Source: Lingula anatina
Taxonomy: Eukaryota > Animalia > Brachiopoda
Assembly (NCBI GenBank): GCA_051362555.1
Contig: CM120646.1
Location: 17,980,001 to 18,044,000 of the forward strand
Direction of reading: 5' to 3'
DNA: 64,000 bases
Position 1 is the first letter of the stretch; every line of letters begins with the position of its first letter. Below, in pieces: positions 53,274 to 64,000 of the stretch. A model generated the notes under the pieces. That model had not been told where the DNA came from. It saw only the letters and a list, made by a program, of their open reading frames with translations, and did not search any database. The position numbers and the translations under genes are program-made.

Positions 53274-54477
53274 GTTGAACATTCTAGAATTGGAACCTAC
53301 TTATGAGGGTCAGCTGTTTCCAAGACAGCGGAGTTACCACGCAGCCGCTTCGTTGGTCCCTTCTCAAGTACTTTTAAGTGAAAATAAAAGAGGTGCTATT
53401 GGCGACATAGACTTTATGATAGTGACCTCTAATATATTTTTGTCAAATCGATCACTTATGCCATAAACTATACCTTTTAGTGTGTAAAAGGTAATTTGCC
53501 CAGACCCACGCGAGCCCGCATTCGTTTTCACGCATTCTCGATTGCAGAATCAGCTAGTTTTGTGGGGAATAAATAAGATTATATAGCTTGTGTATTTGAA
53601 ACGTTTTCAACTTGATTTTGGAGCCGATGGGAGCCAGTTGTATGACATACAGAGACATATAAAAATGACTGTGGGACTTTTATAGGTTCTCCAAGGTAAC
53701 CATGTAATAAGACCTCCGTATAATGGGGCGGAAGGAGATATTATTCACCCGATTAAGCAAGTACTTTTGTATATTTTATTTTGAATATGGATGAGTTAAT
53801 GAATACATATCATCTCTGCATACATGGATCCTTCCATCTGATGACAATTATTCCACATGCTACAGGCCCCTAAAATATGTAATTTTCCACATATCATTTC
53901 TGTTATAAAAGTCCATCTTCAAAACAACCTCAAATGACCCCAAAAATTTGGTCAAGGTTGAGCTACTAGCCAACTTTACTGGGATATTTCAATTAGTATT
54001 TATTGGTGTAATGTCCTGTTTTCTGCAGAACTTTTTAGAGAATTCTTAGCTCCAGATCAAAAAAGCTATACACACATTTGTAACTCGTTCACTTTGCGCA
54101 TACATGTACGACCCTCTAATGACAGTATTTATTGTGACGCGTTTTGGACTCGATCTAGTTTAGCTCATCCTTAAATTATGTAAACTAACTTGGTTTTCTA
54201 ATGAAAACAAGGCGCAACACACTCATACATACACATCATTGTGTGTACGTAACTCATTAAATACCAATTACAATATAAAAGTAAATTTTTATAGTCAGTC
54301 TTAGTGTTTCCTCAATTAAGATATTCCGAGTACAATTAACCCAAGCCCTGGTGAGTTAAATTGCCTGCAATGGCCCTGACAACTGGTGCGGCAAATTTCA
54401 CCATAATATGGGAAAATAAGGACAAGTTTTGACGTTTAAATTGCATGCGTACGACCTCAGATGAGGGCACGTCTCCT

Positions 54478-54585
54478 TATAAAAGCGTTACTAGAAAGAC
54501 TGGTTCAGATTGAAAGGAAGGTAGTGGCACGGAAGGACTAATTCATATCAATTTATCTCAGTAAGTGGAACTTGGTCAGCAGAAG
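54478..54585 (+). promoter_or_regulatory. TATA box, initiator and non-coding first exon of paralog C
   Basis: TATAAAAG 54478-54485; Inr-like TCAGATT at 54505; donors after 54560 (GTAAGT) and 54585 (AAG|GTGAGT); intron ends at attttag|ATG 56648. Confidence 0.7.
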
Positions 54586-56647
54586 GTGAGTTTGATACTT
54601 TTTGTGTGTATTAAAAATGTGCATTTTAAATTACTGTATGTCTAAAGTATGAAGAATTGTAAGAATTTTATCGTTCCTCTTTTATTATTATTAATATTTT
54701 TTTATTTTTTCATTTCTTATAAGTTCCAAAAAGAATATGGATGGATTTCAGTATGCAACCTATAATGGACTTTTCATTGGTTGAATAAAAAACACAATCT
54801 ATCGTATATAGGTACAGACATTCCTGCACATGTTTGACAAAACAGTCTTGGGCATAAGTTTATATTTAAGTTCGGAACAGTGCAATACCGGACTGCACAG
54901 TGCAGTGCAGTACAGTACAGTGGAAGTTTCTATTCATATCTTTCAGAAAATATTATTTCTTTTATAACCATTAGTTTTTTTCTTAATTGTTTGTGTAAAA
55001 TAATTATTCAAATTAATTTGTCTAACATATATGCTCTTTTGGGATTAAATAATTCTTGACTAATTCGAAAAGAAAAGACAAAAATGAACAAACTTTGAAA
55101 ATTTCATCAGAAAATTTATAAGAAATTCACAGTATTAAGGAATTCGCTTTTGTGTTAGGATATTTTATTATAAGCAAATGGTAAAACCAAATTGTACTTT
55201 TGATAATATTTTCGCACACTCCATCTCTAGATTCAAGTCTAAACGAAATGCGTGACATAGACTTTGAAACGAGTGTTTTAAAGTGAATATAATGTACGAG
55301 CTACATGTCTTTTTACACATACAATTAGACGCGAAAAGTTAACGAGGCAATGGGCGCCTTAGATATTTGGGATACCATATAAAAGCATTAAAATTTGAAA
55401 ATAATGATTAAAGGCTGGCATTAACCACAGTTTACATGCGATGATGTGATTAAGGATATTCAAAGTATGTCTATCAAGACACCTCATGGGGTCCTCATGG
55501 GGTCACATTTGTCATGTCATGTATGACGTTTAAGAGGCAATCTGTGGCCATTTAGGACCAAACGGTCTAGAGCCTATTGAAGTTTGGGTATTATGTATAT
55601 GTATATGATTTTTTTATAACATAGTCACATATTCAACAATGGGAGGATGATGGTAAATTGGAAAATAAAGACAATTTATTGTGAAATGTCAAAGAGAGAA
55701 ATGCCAACGAGGTAATATATATAGCAAGGGTGTTGAACTTCCAAGAAGCCCGTTGAGCGCTCATTGAGCTTTGATGTTTTCGGTAGTTTGTGTCTTTTAC
55801 ACACAGCTAGTGCTCTTAAAAGCCTCGGGTTGAACACTAGAATCGGCCGAACCGGGGCATTGGTAGGCTCAACACTTGTTCTATAAAACATGGGCATATT
55901 AGGGACGAAGAAAGCCAACATACGTAGTTACCCGGTTCACATATTATCTAAATCTACTGTGTGTGAAAGAGACAAATGTCAGGGTTATCAATAAACTCAA
56001 CGTCCGTCCGTTTTGGGAGTTAAACCCCCTTGTATATTGTCTCTACTTTTGACTTTCGGAAACACAGGTCTTGTTGATGACGTATATGGGTCTTATTGAT
56101 GTAAACGTCTTGTCCAGTATAGGCACGTGCATTGCTGATAGGATTTTCTTTCCAGGAACCATTAATTAGAATATTTTACATAAGCGTTGTTCCTTGGAAA
56201 CTCATTGACGTCAGTATTAGGCAGGAATTTATATAGGCATCACCTTAACGCGTGTCACATCGCTTCGGTGACTTCATTGCCTTGGTGACAAGGCGTGACG
56301 ATATAGGAATGACATCCAACTTACCTGAACTGAAACCTTTCACGCCTGTGATAGTTTTGGAAGTTTTGGCGATCAATATCCAGAATTTCAGAGACCATGA
56401 AATATTTTCTTGAACCCTCGCCGGTGCCGTGCCCTCTTAAAACGGTGACGGAGAAACAACGCCTTTTTGGATGCAAAGAAAATGATAGTAATGGCAACAA
56501 TTATAACAATGATGGTAATTAGAAAAAGTCCGTGAGTACAAAATGATACTTCACCTTGTTGCCAAATGCATATGCCATTATGTATATCGACAATGTAAAA
56601 AAAAAAAAAAAGATAATAGAAGTTTGTTTTTTCTTTGTAAATTTTAG

Positions 56648-59238
56648 ATGAGGTCGTTGCAGCTCGCAATCCTAGTGTTTATTGGGGTATGCTTGTCCGC
56701 GGCAGTTGATGGCAGTGTTGAGCAGCAATTGCGCACTGCCAGTTTAATACTGCAGGGTCCAAGCGGTGAATCTATCCGGTGTGGAGTTGATGATAGGGCT
56801 CAACAATCAGGGTAAGTTCTCTCTCTCTCCGATCATGGTCCCCCCTCTCTCTTCTAATATTCATACTTTATGGAACATAACGTAAAATAATATGAAAGAA
56901 TTAATAACGTAGCCGCGTTTATTTCTCGCATAGATAATAATATGGACACATGACAGCAGCAACAACTATAATAATAATTATGTGTGCTGTCTAGAAATTT
57001 TGTTTTGTAATTGTTTCGTGCACGGAGAATGCATTCCAAAATGATAAAAGGGCAACTGTATAGTGGATTGTGGCATTACATTTTGTTTAGGACAATTTTT
57101 AAAGTCACCAAAAATGTCGGCACTACTGCATTCATGATTTTCGATTAGAATTGCATTTTGATGAATACCTTTGTAAGCAATTATATGAAAAGAAAACAAC
57201 ACAGTAAGTATAACACCTTGGTTCGTGAGTATAATGAATGTCGATATGGCGCATAAAAGCAGTACAGTGACTGCGATTTTCTTGGGTGAGGATTCGCGTT
57301 ATGCTTTAACGGATGTTAAAGCAATCGAAATACCAGGAAATAACTTAAAGAGCGCAGACTACAGTCAAGGTAACAGAATTCTCATCATCGTTAGTTTTTT
57401 TGTTATTGATGTCTGATGATCGTCATAGACTCAACTGATTTCTCCCTTCACCTTTGTCTGCCATAGGTGTCCGGCAGCAAATGCTCCTGGTGCAGCAGTG
57501 AGGGCCAGTAGCATTAGCGCAGCAGCAGCGCCGCCTAGAGTCCCTAATGCAAATAATCCACCGCCAGAACGTGTTCCTCATAGGAGGAAAAGACAAATTG
57601 CACACAGCGGGTAAGAAAACTTTCCTTTTATGTATATTAGAATCATTTAAACATGTTCGCGCATAACGAAGGAATACTGATGATTAATATGATGGCAAAA
57701 TTGCATTAGTACTTTCAACAGATAGTAATTGATTTATTAACCTAAAGATATATATTTGATTTATTTATATATAAATAGCTTGTTGACTGATTTATTGCTC
57801 GATTTATTTCATTCACTGATCTCTCTGTGTAAATATTAATCCGTTTATTCAATCTCTAAGAATTATACATGATTTTATTTCTTCGTTTAATTTGTTATTA
57901 CAAGTTGAATAATCATTCAATTGAATATTTTATCCTAAATACACTCATTGATATGCAGAACGTCAGAGTGCCAAGAATGGTGTAAGTTCGTCAGACCATA
58001 CAAGATTTGGGCATACAACAGATGGTGGAATGTAGTACAGACGAACAACTTTGCGCAGTGGTTGAAGTTTTGCTTTTGCAGGTAATGTTAAAATCAACTA
58101 GGGAGATCTTTTACCGTAAATCAAAACGAAAAGGCTTTGTAGCTGGTAATAAATGTTTAAGTTAAACGCACATATGTATCTTATGAGTTATAAAGATATG
58201 AAAAAGATACAAACATACATATATGTAATAAAGGACAATTATTAAGGATAATTGGGTCCCTTGCAGTTATACAAGTTTGACCACGATTACAAGTTAAACC
58301 GTAGCTAAAAAAAACCTTTAATCTTTTAATCTTTGAATGAGTACATATTGTATATGCTGAAATCTTGTAGTATCTCAGAGGCGAGATCGAATGGTACCAG
58401 AAACCCCATATTACCCCCATTCCACCCCCAGGATCGTCCTCTGCATTTTTTGTGCGCAAAAACTGTGGATTCTGTCTTTTTGACAACTTATTTTAATCTT
58501 CTGAGTTGCTTTCAATCATGTGTTTTTTTTTCAGTCAAAACTCCCAGGAATGCGTTCATTACCCCCCGGGGCAGAATGTGAACCCCTCTCAGTCCAGACA
58601 AGGATTATGTGCCAAGTGTACCACAGAGTGGGGCTGGCGTACCGTATGGGTGTGGCACAATTGTCAACCATTGCGTATCTGGTATCAGGTAAGGCCATCA
58701 CGTGGTTGTCTGTCTGTGTGTCCGCATGCATGTCTGTTTGTCTCTTAAATAGGTTTATTTAAAGTTCCGCTTGGTACCTTGTCACTATGTTTTCTTCTTC
58801 TATTGTTTTCTTCTTTTGTCCTGGACAAATAATTTTAAAATTAAATCGGAGATTGTGATTTTTATTCATTGACCTATTCATTTGTCAAGTGAATAATCAG
58901 TACATTTATTACATTATTTGCTTGTTTGTTTATTCGCTTGTTCGTTTGTCTTATTTTTTACCAACTCAGTTTATTTGTTCGTTTGCTTGGTTATATGTTT
59001 CTTATCATTTAATTTATTTGTTAATTTATCGATTCATTCACGCCTATGATGAAGCTGAGAGTGGTACGTTTACCCAAGCACAGATGGAATCTTTTAAACC
59101 TAATTTTTCATTTGCATACTGTATATTTTCCAGATTCCTGTTGGATGCTGTTGCGGACTGGTGAATGCTCGCTGGTGCACCATGCCTCCTTGGAGTTTCC
59201 CTTGGAATTTTAAAGCCCCGTGGCCATTCAAGAAATAA
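56648..59238 (+). CDS. Secreted Trp/Cys-rich neurotrophin/Spaetzle-like cystine-knot protein, paralog C (229 aa prepro-protein)
   Basis: Exons 56648-56811, 57467-57610, 57959-58081, 58535-58688, 59134-59238. Signal MRSLQLAILVFIGVCLSAAVDG; Ala/Pro linker; RRKR|QIAHSGTSECQEWCKFVRPYKIWAYNRWWNVVQTNNFAQWLKFCFCSQNSQECVHY...LCAKCTTEWGWRTVWVWHNCQPLRIWYQIPVGCCCGLVNARWCTMPPWSFPWNFKAPWPFKK*. Confidence 0.9.
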
Positions 59239-60650
59239 ATCAAATACCGAACAATCTCTAACTACATGTAGTAGACAATTCGAAGGAAAAAAACAAAACA
59301 GATTTAACAGACTGAATGCTCGGTGAAAAAACTTTCTGCTTTTTTTTCATTTCACATTTCAGCTATTTGTATCCTTACCAAAGGTGATGCTGACTAACTT
59401 CTGTTAATTATGCCAAACAGTTACTGTTCAGGCCATCAACACTTTTGCTTTTATTTCGAATTAGATAAAGAACTGTGATTTTTTTATTTCAATTAAACCT
59501 GGTTTGACAGCATACATGTACGTACACACACACACACACACGCACGCACACACACACACACACACACACACAGTGTGTAAATGTATTATGGCATTTAATA
59601 TCAAACGTCAAACTGTATTGAATGTCTATATAATGTTAGTCTGATTTTATTTATTTATTTATTTTTATATCTATTTTGATGAAAGAGAACCTTTTGCTCG
59701 TATGAGTGCCAAGAGTCTTTGTACGAACCACACAATCACATGCTTCTTTGAAACCAAAAACGAAGATATATGTATTTGTGGTAGTTTTCGAAATCATACT
59801 TAAGCATGAAATTAACTTGTTTACCTCGTCACACTGAAGTACATCGTGTATAACATCGACATAGGCCTACATGTATCATCTTCTTTTTGTCAGAGAGATT
59901 GGTCGATAAAATGGTTGTGTTTTTCTTTATCACACGTAAACATGCGTTTCATTGCTTGAGGCAGGTAATGTAGGGGCCTACAAAACAATTTTAATGTCGC
60001 TAGGCCCTCAGTGTATAGCGAAAAAATTCCTTAGCTTTTATGTTTTAATGATTATGTCGTAGTCTCTATATAGTGAACATTTAACGTTGAAATGTGCGAT
60101 TCACATTAACGTTTACCTCAATGCTGCACTTTAATGTGTTCTTTAAGGATTTTGTTACTGACTTAATATCAATTATTTAAATAAGAATGAAGCAATGCCA
60201 CCTTTATGCAAAATCTCTAGGGTGGACTAGAAGACATGTATGGGTAGGTTGGAGAAATAAAGCCATCATTTAAGATGTCTGCGTCTTAGCGTCGATATGT
60301 ACTGTATGTACAGCACACATAAGGGTCATAGACCCCAGGGGTTGGGTGGAAGAGGCGCACTTTCTCCCTCTCAGAGATTTTTGAAAAACTAACTCTTATG
60401 TCAGTCGGCGTTTACAGGGTGTTCCAAATAATGTACCCGTGTGTCATTTCATAATCTACTCGACACACCTCTGTGTCCTTTAAATAACGTAAATTTTAAA
60501 CCATCTAATTTTCAATAACTGTAATGGCGCAATTAAATTGCTTGCCAAAACCACAGTCTCGTGTGAGGATACTGGCTACCCGCATTGTGCTAGTTGAGCC
60601 AGGAATGCGTCGCTCCGTGACGCCGCGCAGTGCTATCTATCAGAGGATAA

Positions 60651-60904
60651 GGACTAATTCCCAATGAAAATTTCGGTCTACGTAGATCAATCCAACTGTG
60701 CGGGGCCTCTCGCTAAATGCAATCAGATTAACAAATTAATTCGCCCCTTTTGTTTCAAATGTTCTCGTATAATTACCAACTATTCTGTACTCTGCTCTTT
60801 ACTCTACTCAAGCATTTAATCTCTAAATTTGATTGCAATCGACGAGAGTCCCCATGGAGTTGGATCGATCTACGTAGACCTTAAGGTTCATTGGGAATGA
60901 GCCC
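60651..60904. mobile_element. MITE with long imperfect TIRs, copy 2 (same family as 23700-23953)
   Basis: ATTCCCAATGAA...GGTCTACGTAGATCAATCCAACT mirrored by AGTTGGATCGATCTACGTAGACC...TTCATTGGGAATGAGCCC. Confidence 0.8.
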
Positions 60905-61999
60905 TTGGCTCATGGTTTGCCTTACTGTCGACTAGTTATCTCTTACTGTGACTCCCTTAAATTGGGGCATTTAACCAAATTGCCATACATTATTATGGTA
61001 CCAACTTTTCGACAAAAAGATACCATCCTCTACTATGAGGAAGTTCTGTTATGATTTTCGGTTTTATATCACCCATACCTGGTAGTAATTGGGCACACAT
61101 CTGTTCTTATTTCTAAAAGCTTTGTTATTTCTATGTACACCCATTTAAGAAATAAGGTTACAGTTAAGTATAACTGGAAGATCCATCGACCATAAAACAC
61201 GTCGCATCTGGCAATTTTCTCGTGGCTCCCCCAAGCGAGCGCTAGATAAACACGCTTTACATCAATGCTTGTTACTGGAGGCAAATAAATGTTGGGAATT
61301 AATTGGTTTTGAGAGACGGGGTCCTCGTCTGTTGACGTATAGAGTGGATTTTCTTTGGAACATTGCAAAGAGCCCGGACCGAACGGAGTCGTGTAGCTAG
61401 AGTTCGATCAATTTCGAATGACCACACAGGGCTCTTGAAAGAATTAATCTGGTAACCCGAAGAATCCAAGTGGAAATCTGAAAGTCAAAAGCACCAGAAG
61501 AAGGTACGTGATCTCTGCACAAATTACGAAATGTTGCCCCCATCGGCAAGTGCATGAAAATTTAATGGAATAATTCATAACGCGAATTGAAATGTGACGC
61601 CGAGCGATATCTGTAATGATGTCGGCTACGTAACCAACGGACGGTTGAACAGCTGAAGCATAGACAACGAAAAAGTTAATTAGCTGTAGAATTCATTGCT
61701 AAACATTAAGAATAAAGGAGATTTTTGTAAATTGAATAACAAAAATTATGAAGTAGTTATTTTTTTACGCTGCCGGAACTATTTTTTAATTAAGGTGTCA
61801 CCAAGCAGAGCCGTCAGTGTAATAACTCGTAGATACACATTGCCTATTTGATCGAACTCTCACACGATTTTACAAAATCTTCAATCGCCTTTTAAATGAA
61901 CGTTCAACGCAGACATAAAACTTTCAGTTTTCGTTTGTAGTAGGCAACTTCATTACAGAGACCACATGCATTTAAAATAATTTGAGAAGTCTGAAACCA

Positions 62000-62041
62000 T
62001 GATTTGATGTACCCCATTCTTGATTTGATGTACCCCATTCT
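62000..62041. repeat. Perfect 21-bp tandem duplication
   Basis: TGATTTGATGTACCCCATTCT x2. Confidence 0.9.
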
Positions 62042-62385
62042 AAAAACGCTCGCAGCTCTCCTACTTGTGAATCTTCACTGTTTTTTTGCACACGGCAGTC
62101 AACAGATAATTTTCCTTAATTCTTAACTATGCGTATAATTGTATTATGACGCCATTTTGGGCCTACTACTGATTTTGTCTGGACGCACCTAGTTTCACTC
62201 TTGCCTGATAACAGGCCACGCATGAGTTGTCAGTGTCCTTATTTAATATGTCTATTTTCTCTTTACTTAAAATGAAAAATGTGTAAAGCAATGAAAAAAG
62301 AAATTGCCTGAAACGTTATGAAAGGGACTTCTAAAAGATGCGTGAACTTTACTAGTTTGAAACAAATGAAACTCAAATATGCAAA

Positions 62386-62387
<2 letters not shown>

Positions 62388-62420
<33 letters not shown>
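62388..62420. repeat. (GA)n microsatellite
   Basis: Direct inspection. Confidence 0.95.
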
Positions 62421-62424
<4 letters not shown>

Positions 62425-62853
62425 AGGCGAAAAGCAAGAAATAAGGGAATAAAAAGGGAGAGGAAGATCACATTGAGAAAATTGTTATTTAGTTTGATAA
62501 AGGATTTTCCTTAAAATAATGCGTTTTATTCGCGGATAACGAAATGTCCGGGGATTAATTGCTGATCTTAATTCCCAACCCACACCACCGTGTTTAAAGG
62601 ACGACATCTATATCAATACTAAGACTGGTTCTGGATTTGATTCACAAAATGCGTGTGATGTATAAATCTATTGACTGGAAGTGATGGACTCTACTTAATC
62701 TCGGTATTTCATGTGTAATATCCGACATAAACGTCAAAATGTTGGAGAAATATACACTGGGGTTTTGCTAAATTCTACTCAAGTTGTCAAAAAAAGTCGA
62801 AACCTTGTCCCCAAACAATCTGCCTTATCAGTTGCAAAAAAAAAAAAAATAAA

Positions 62854-62884
<31 letters not shown>

Positions 62885-63149
62885 TAATAAAATAAAATAA
62901 AAAAATAAATAAATAAAAATAATAAAAACTCACTGCAGCACTTTCCCTCTCTCTCTCTCTCCACACACGCGCACGCACGCACGAAGTACACATATATGCA
63001 CCTTATTTCCTTTCTTTTTTTGTTATCAAAGTTCAATAAACAACTGAAGAAACACGTATGTTTTACATTGTTGGATCTCTTCTTCTTCCGCAGTTGTTAT
63101 AAGACGTGCAATAATGTGCTTATCTTACTTATTATTTCATTTGCAGCCG

Positions 63150-63222
63150 ATGAAGCGACCAAACGCCTTGCTATACCCTGTGGGGTATTGTCTCATACTG
63201 TTGATCCAATTTCTTCTTGTCG
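63150..63222 (+). CDS. First coding exon (signal-peptide-like) of a further secreted or membrane protein gene running off the window
   Basis: Acceptor catttgcag|ccgATG; MKRPNALLYPVGYCLILLIQFLLV; phase-1 donor G|GTAAGT; candidate upstream non-coding exon ending AAG|GTACGT at 61503. Confidence 0.55.
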
Positions 63223-64000
63223 GTAAGTTTCATCGTCACCACGCAACATTAATCCGGTCATTGATCACATACCACTAAGAGAGGAGATAGTGCTTTAGTT
63301 TTGCATATAGACATATGTATACTTCATCCTGATTTTAATGGCCTAGCAGAATTCCGGTGTGACAATAATGGCAGTCCCTTGCGTAGCCCGTTACCCATTA
63401 CTTTGTGCTGTGATGGTCGCCCGATTCACTAATTCCGATGCTTTCGGGCTAACCCTAGCATATACCGGGTAGCTATAACATGGGACCCCAGATTTTGGTC
63501 CTACACTGTAGTACCACCAATCCTGTCACACCGGTGTCTATGTACATCAGCCTTCGCTTGCTCTCTCTCTACTACTGGAATAGTGTTTTTTTTTTCAAAA
63601 TAACTCAAGCCGAGAGGTGGCCGAAACGTTAACGTTACGACCATAAAATTGCATCGTTGATTGTATTGTAAACGGGCTAGATATTCCACTTTAGTGTTGG
63701 TGTCATGATTTTTTCACAGGTGACTCATGTTTTAAAGAATTTAGTTTAAGTCCCATTTTCTTTTAGAGTAAAATAGATGGTTAATTTTAGTGGACTATAC
63801 AGGTAGACCCCGGATCAAAGAGGGTTGAGGTTGTTAAACGTTTCTTTATCGTTTTAACGGGTACCGCTTGACCCAGAATACTGTAGAGAGACGAGTTAAT
63901 ACTATTTTACTTCTTTTTATTTTGATGTAAATTCTTCATTTACATGGATGATTTTTATTGGAGAGTTGCGTTTTGCTTATTATGATTTGGTAATGAATAA

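Overview
AT-rich, intron-rich animal genomic DNA (invertebrate, probably lophotrochozoan; inferred only from DGK sequence character and repeats). The ORF track is mostly noise, so genes were reconstructed by manual splicing; all are on the + strand. (1) A type I diacylglycerol kinase gene with 23 coding exons (11478-34784, ~909 aa), a GC-AG intron, a 3'UTR intron and several RFX X-box motifs. (2) A tandem cluster of three paralogous secreted proteins (40363-43008, 48119-51472, 56648-59238; 231/272/229 aa). Each has five coding exons encoding a signal peptide, a pro-region with a Cys pair, a furin site in two of the three, and a mature domain resembling the neurotrophin/Spaetzle cystine knot but with 11-12 Cys and ~9-11% Trp. 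This cluster is the main candidate for an undescribed system. (3) A signal-peptide exon of a further gene at 63150-63222. Also present: MITE-like elements, microsatellites, and an intronic inverted repeat enclosing a minimal hammerhead-ribozyme motif (26409-26445).
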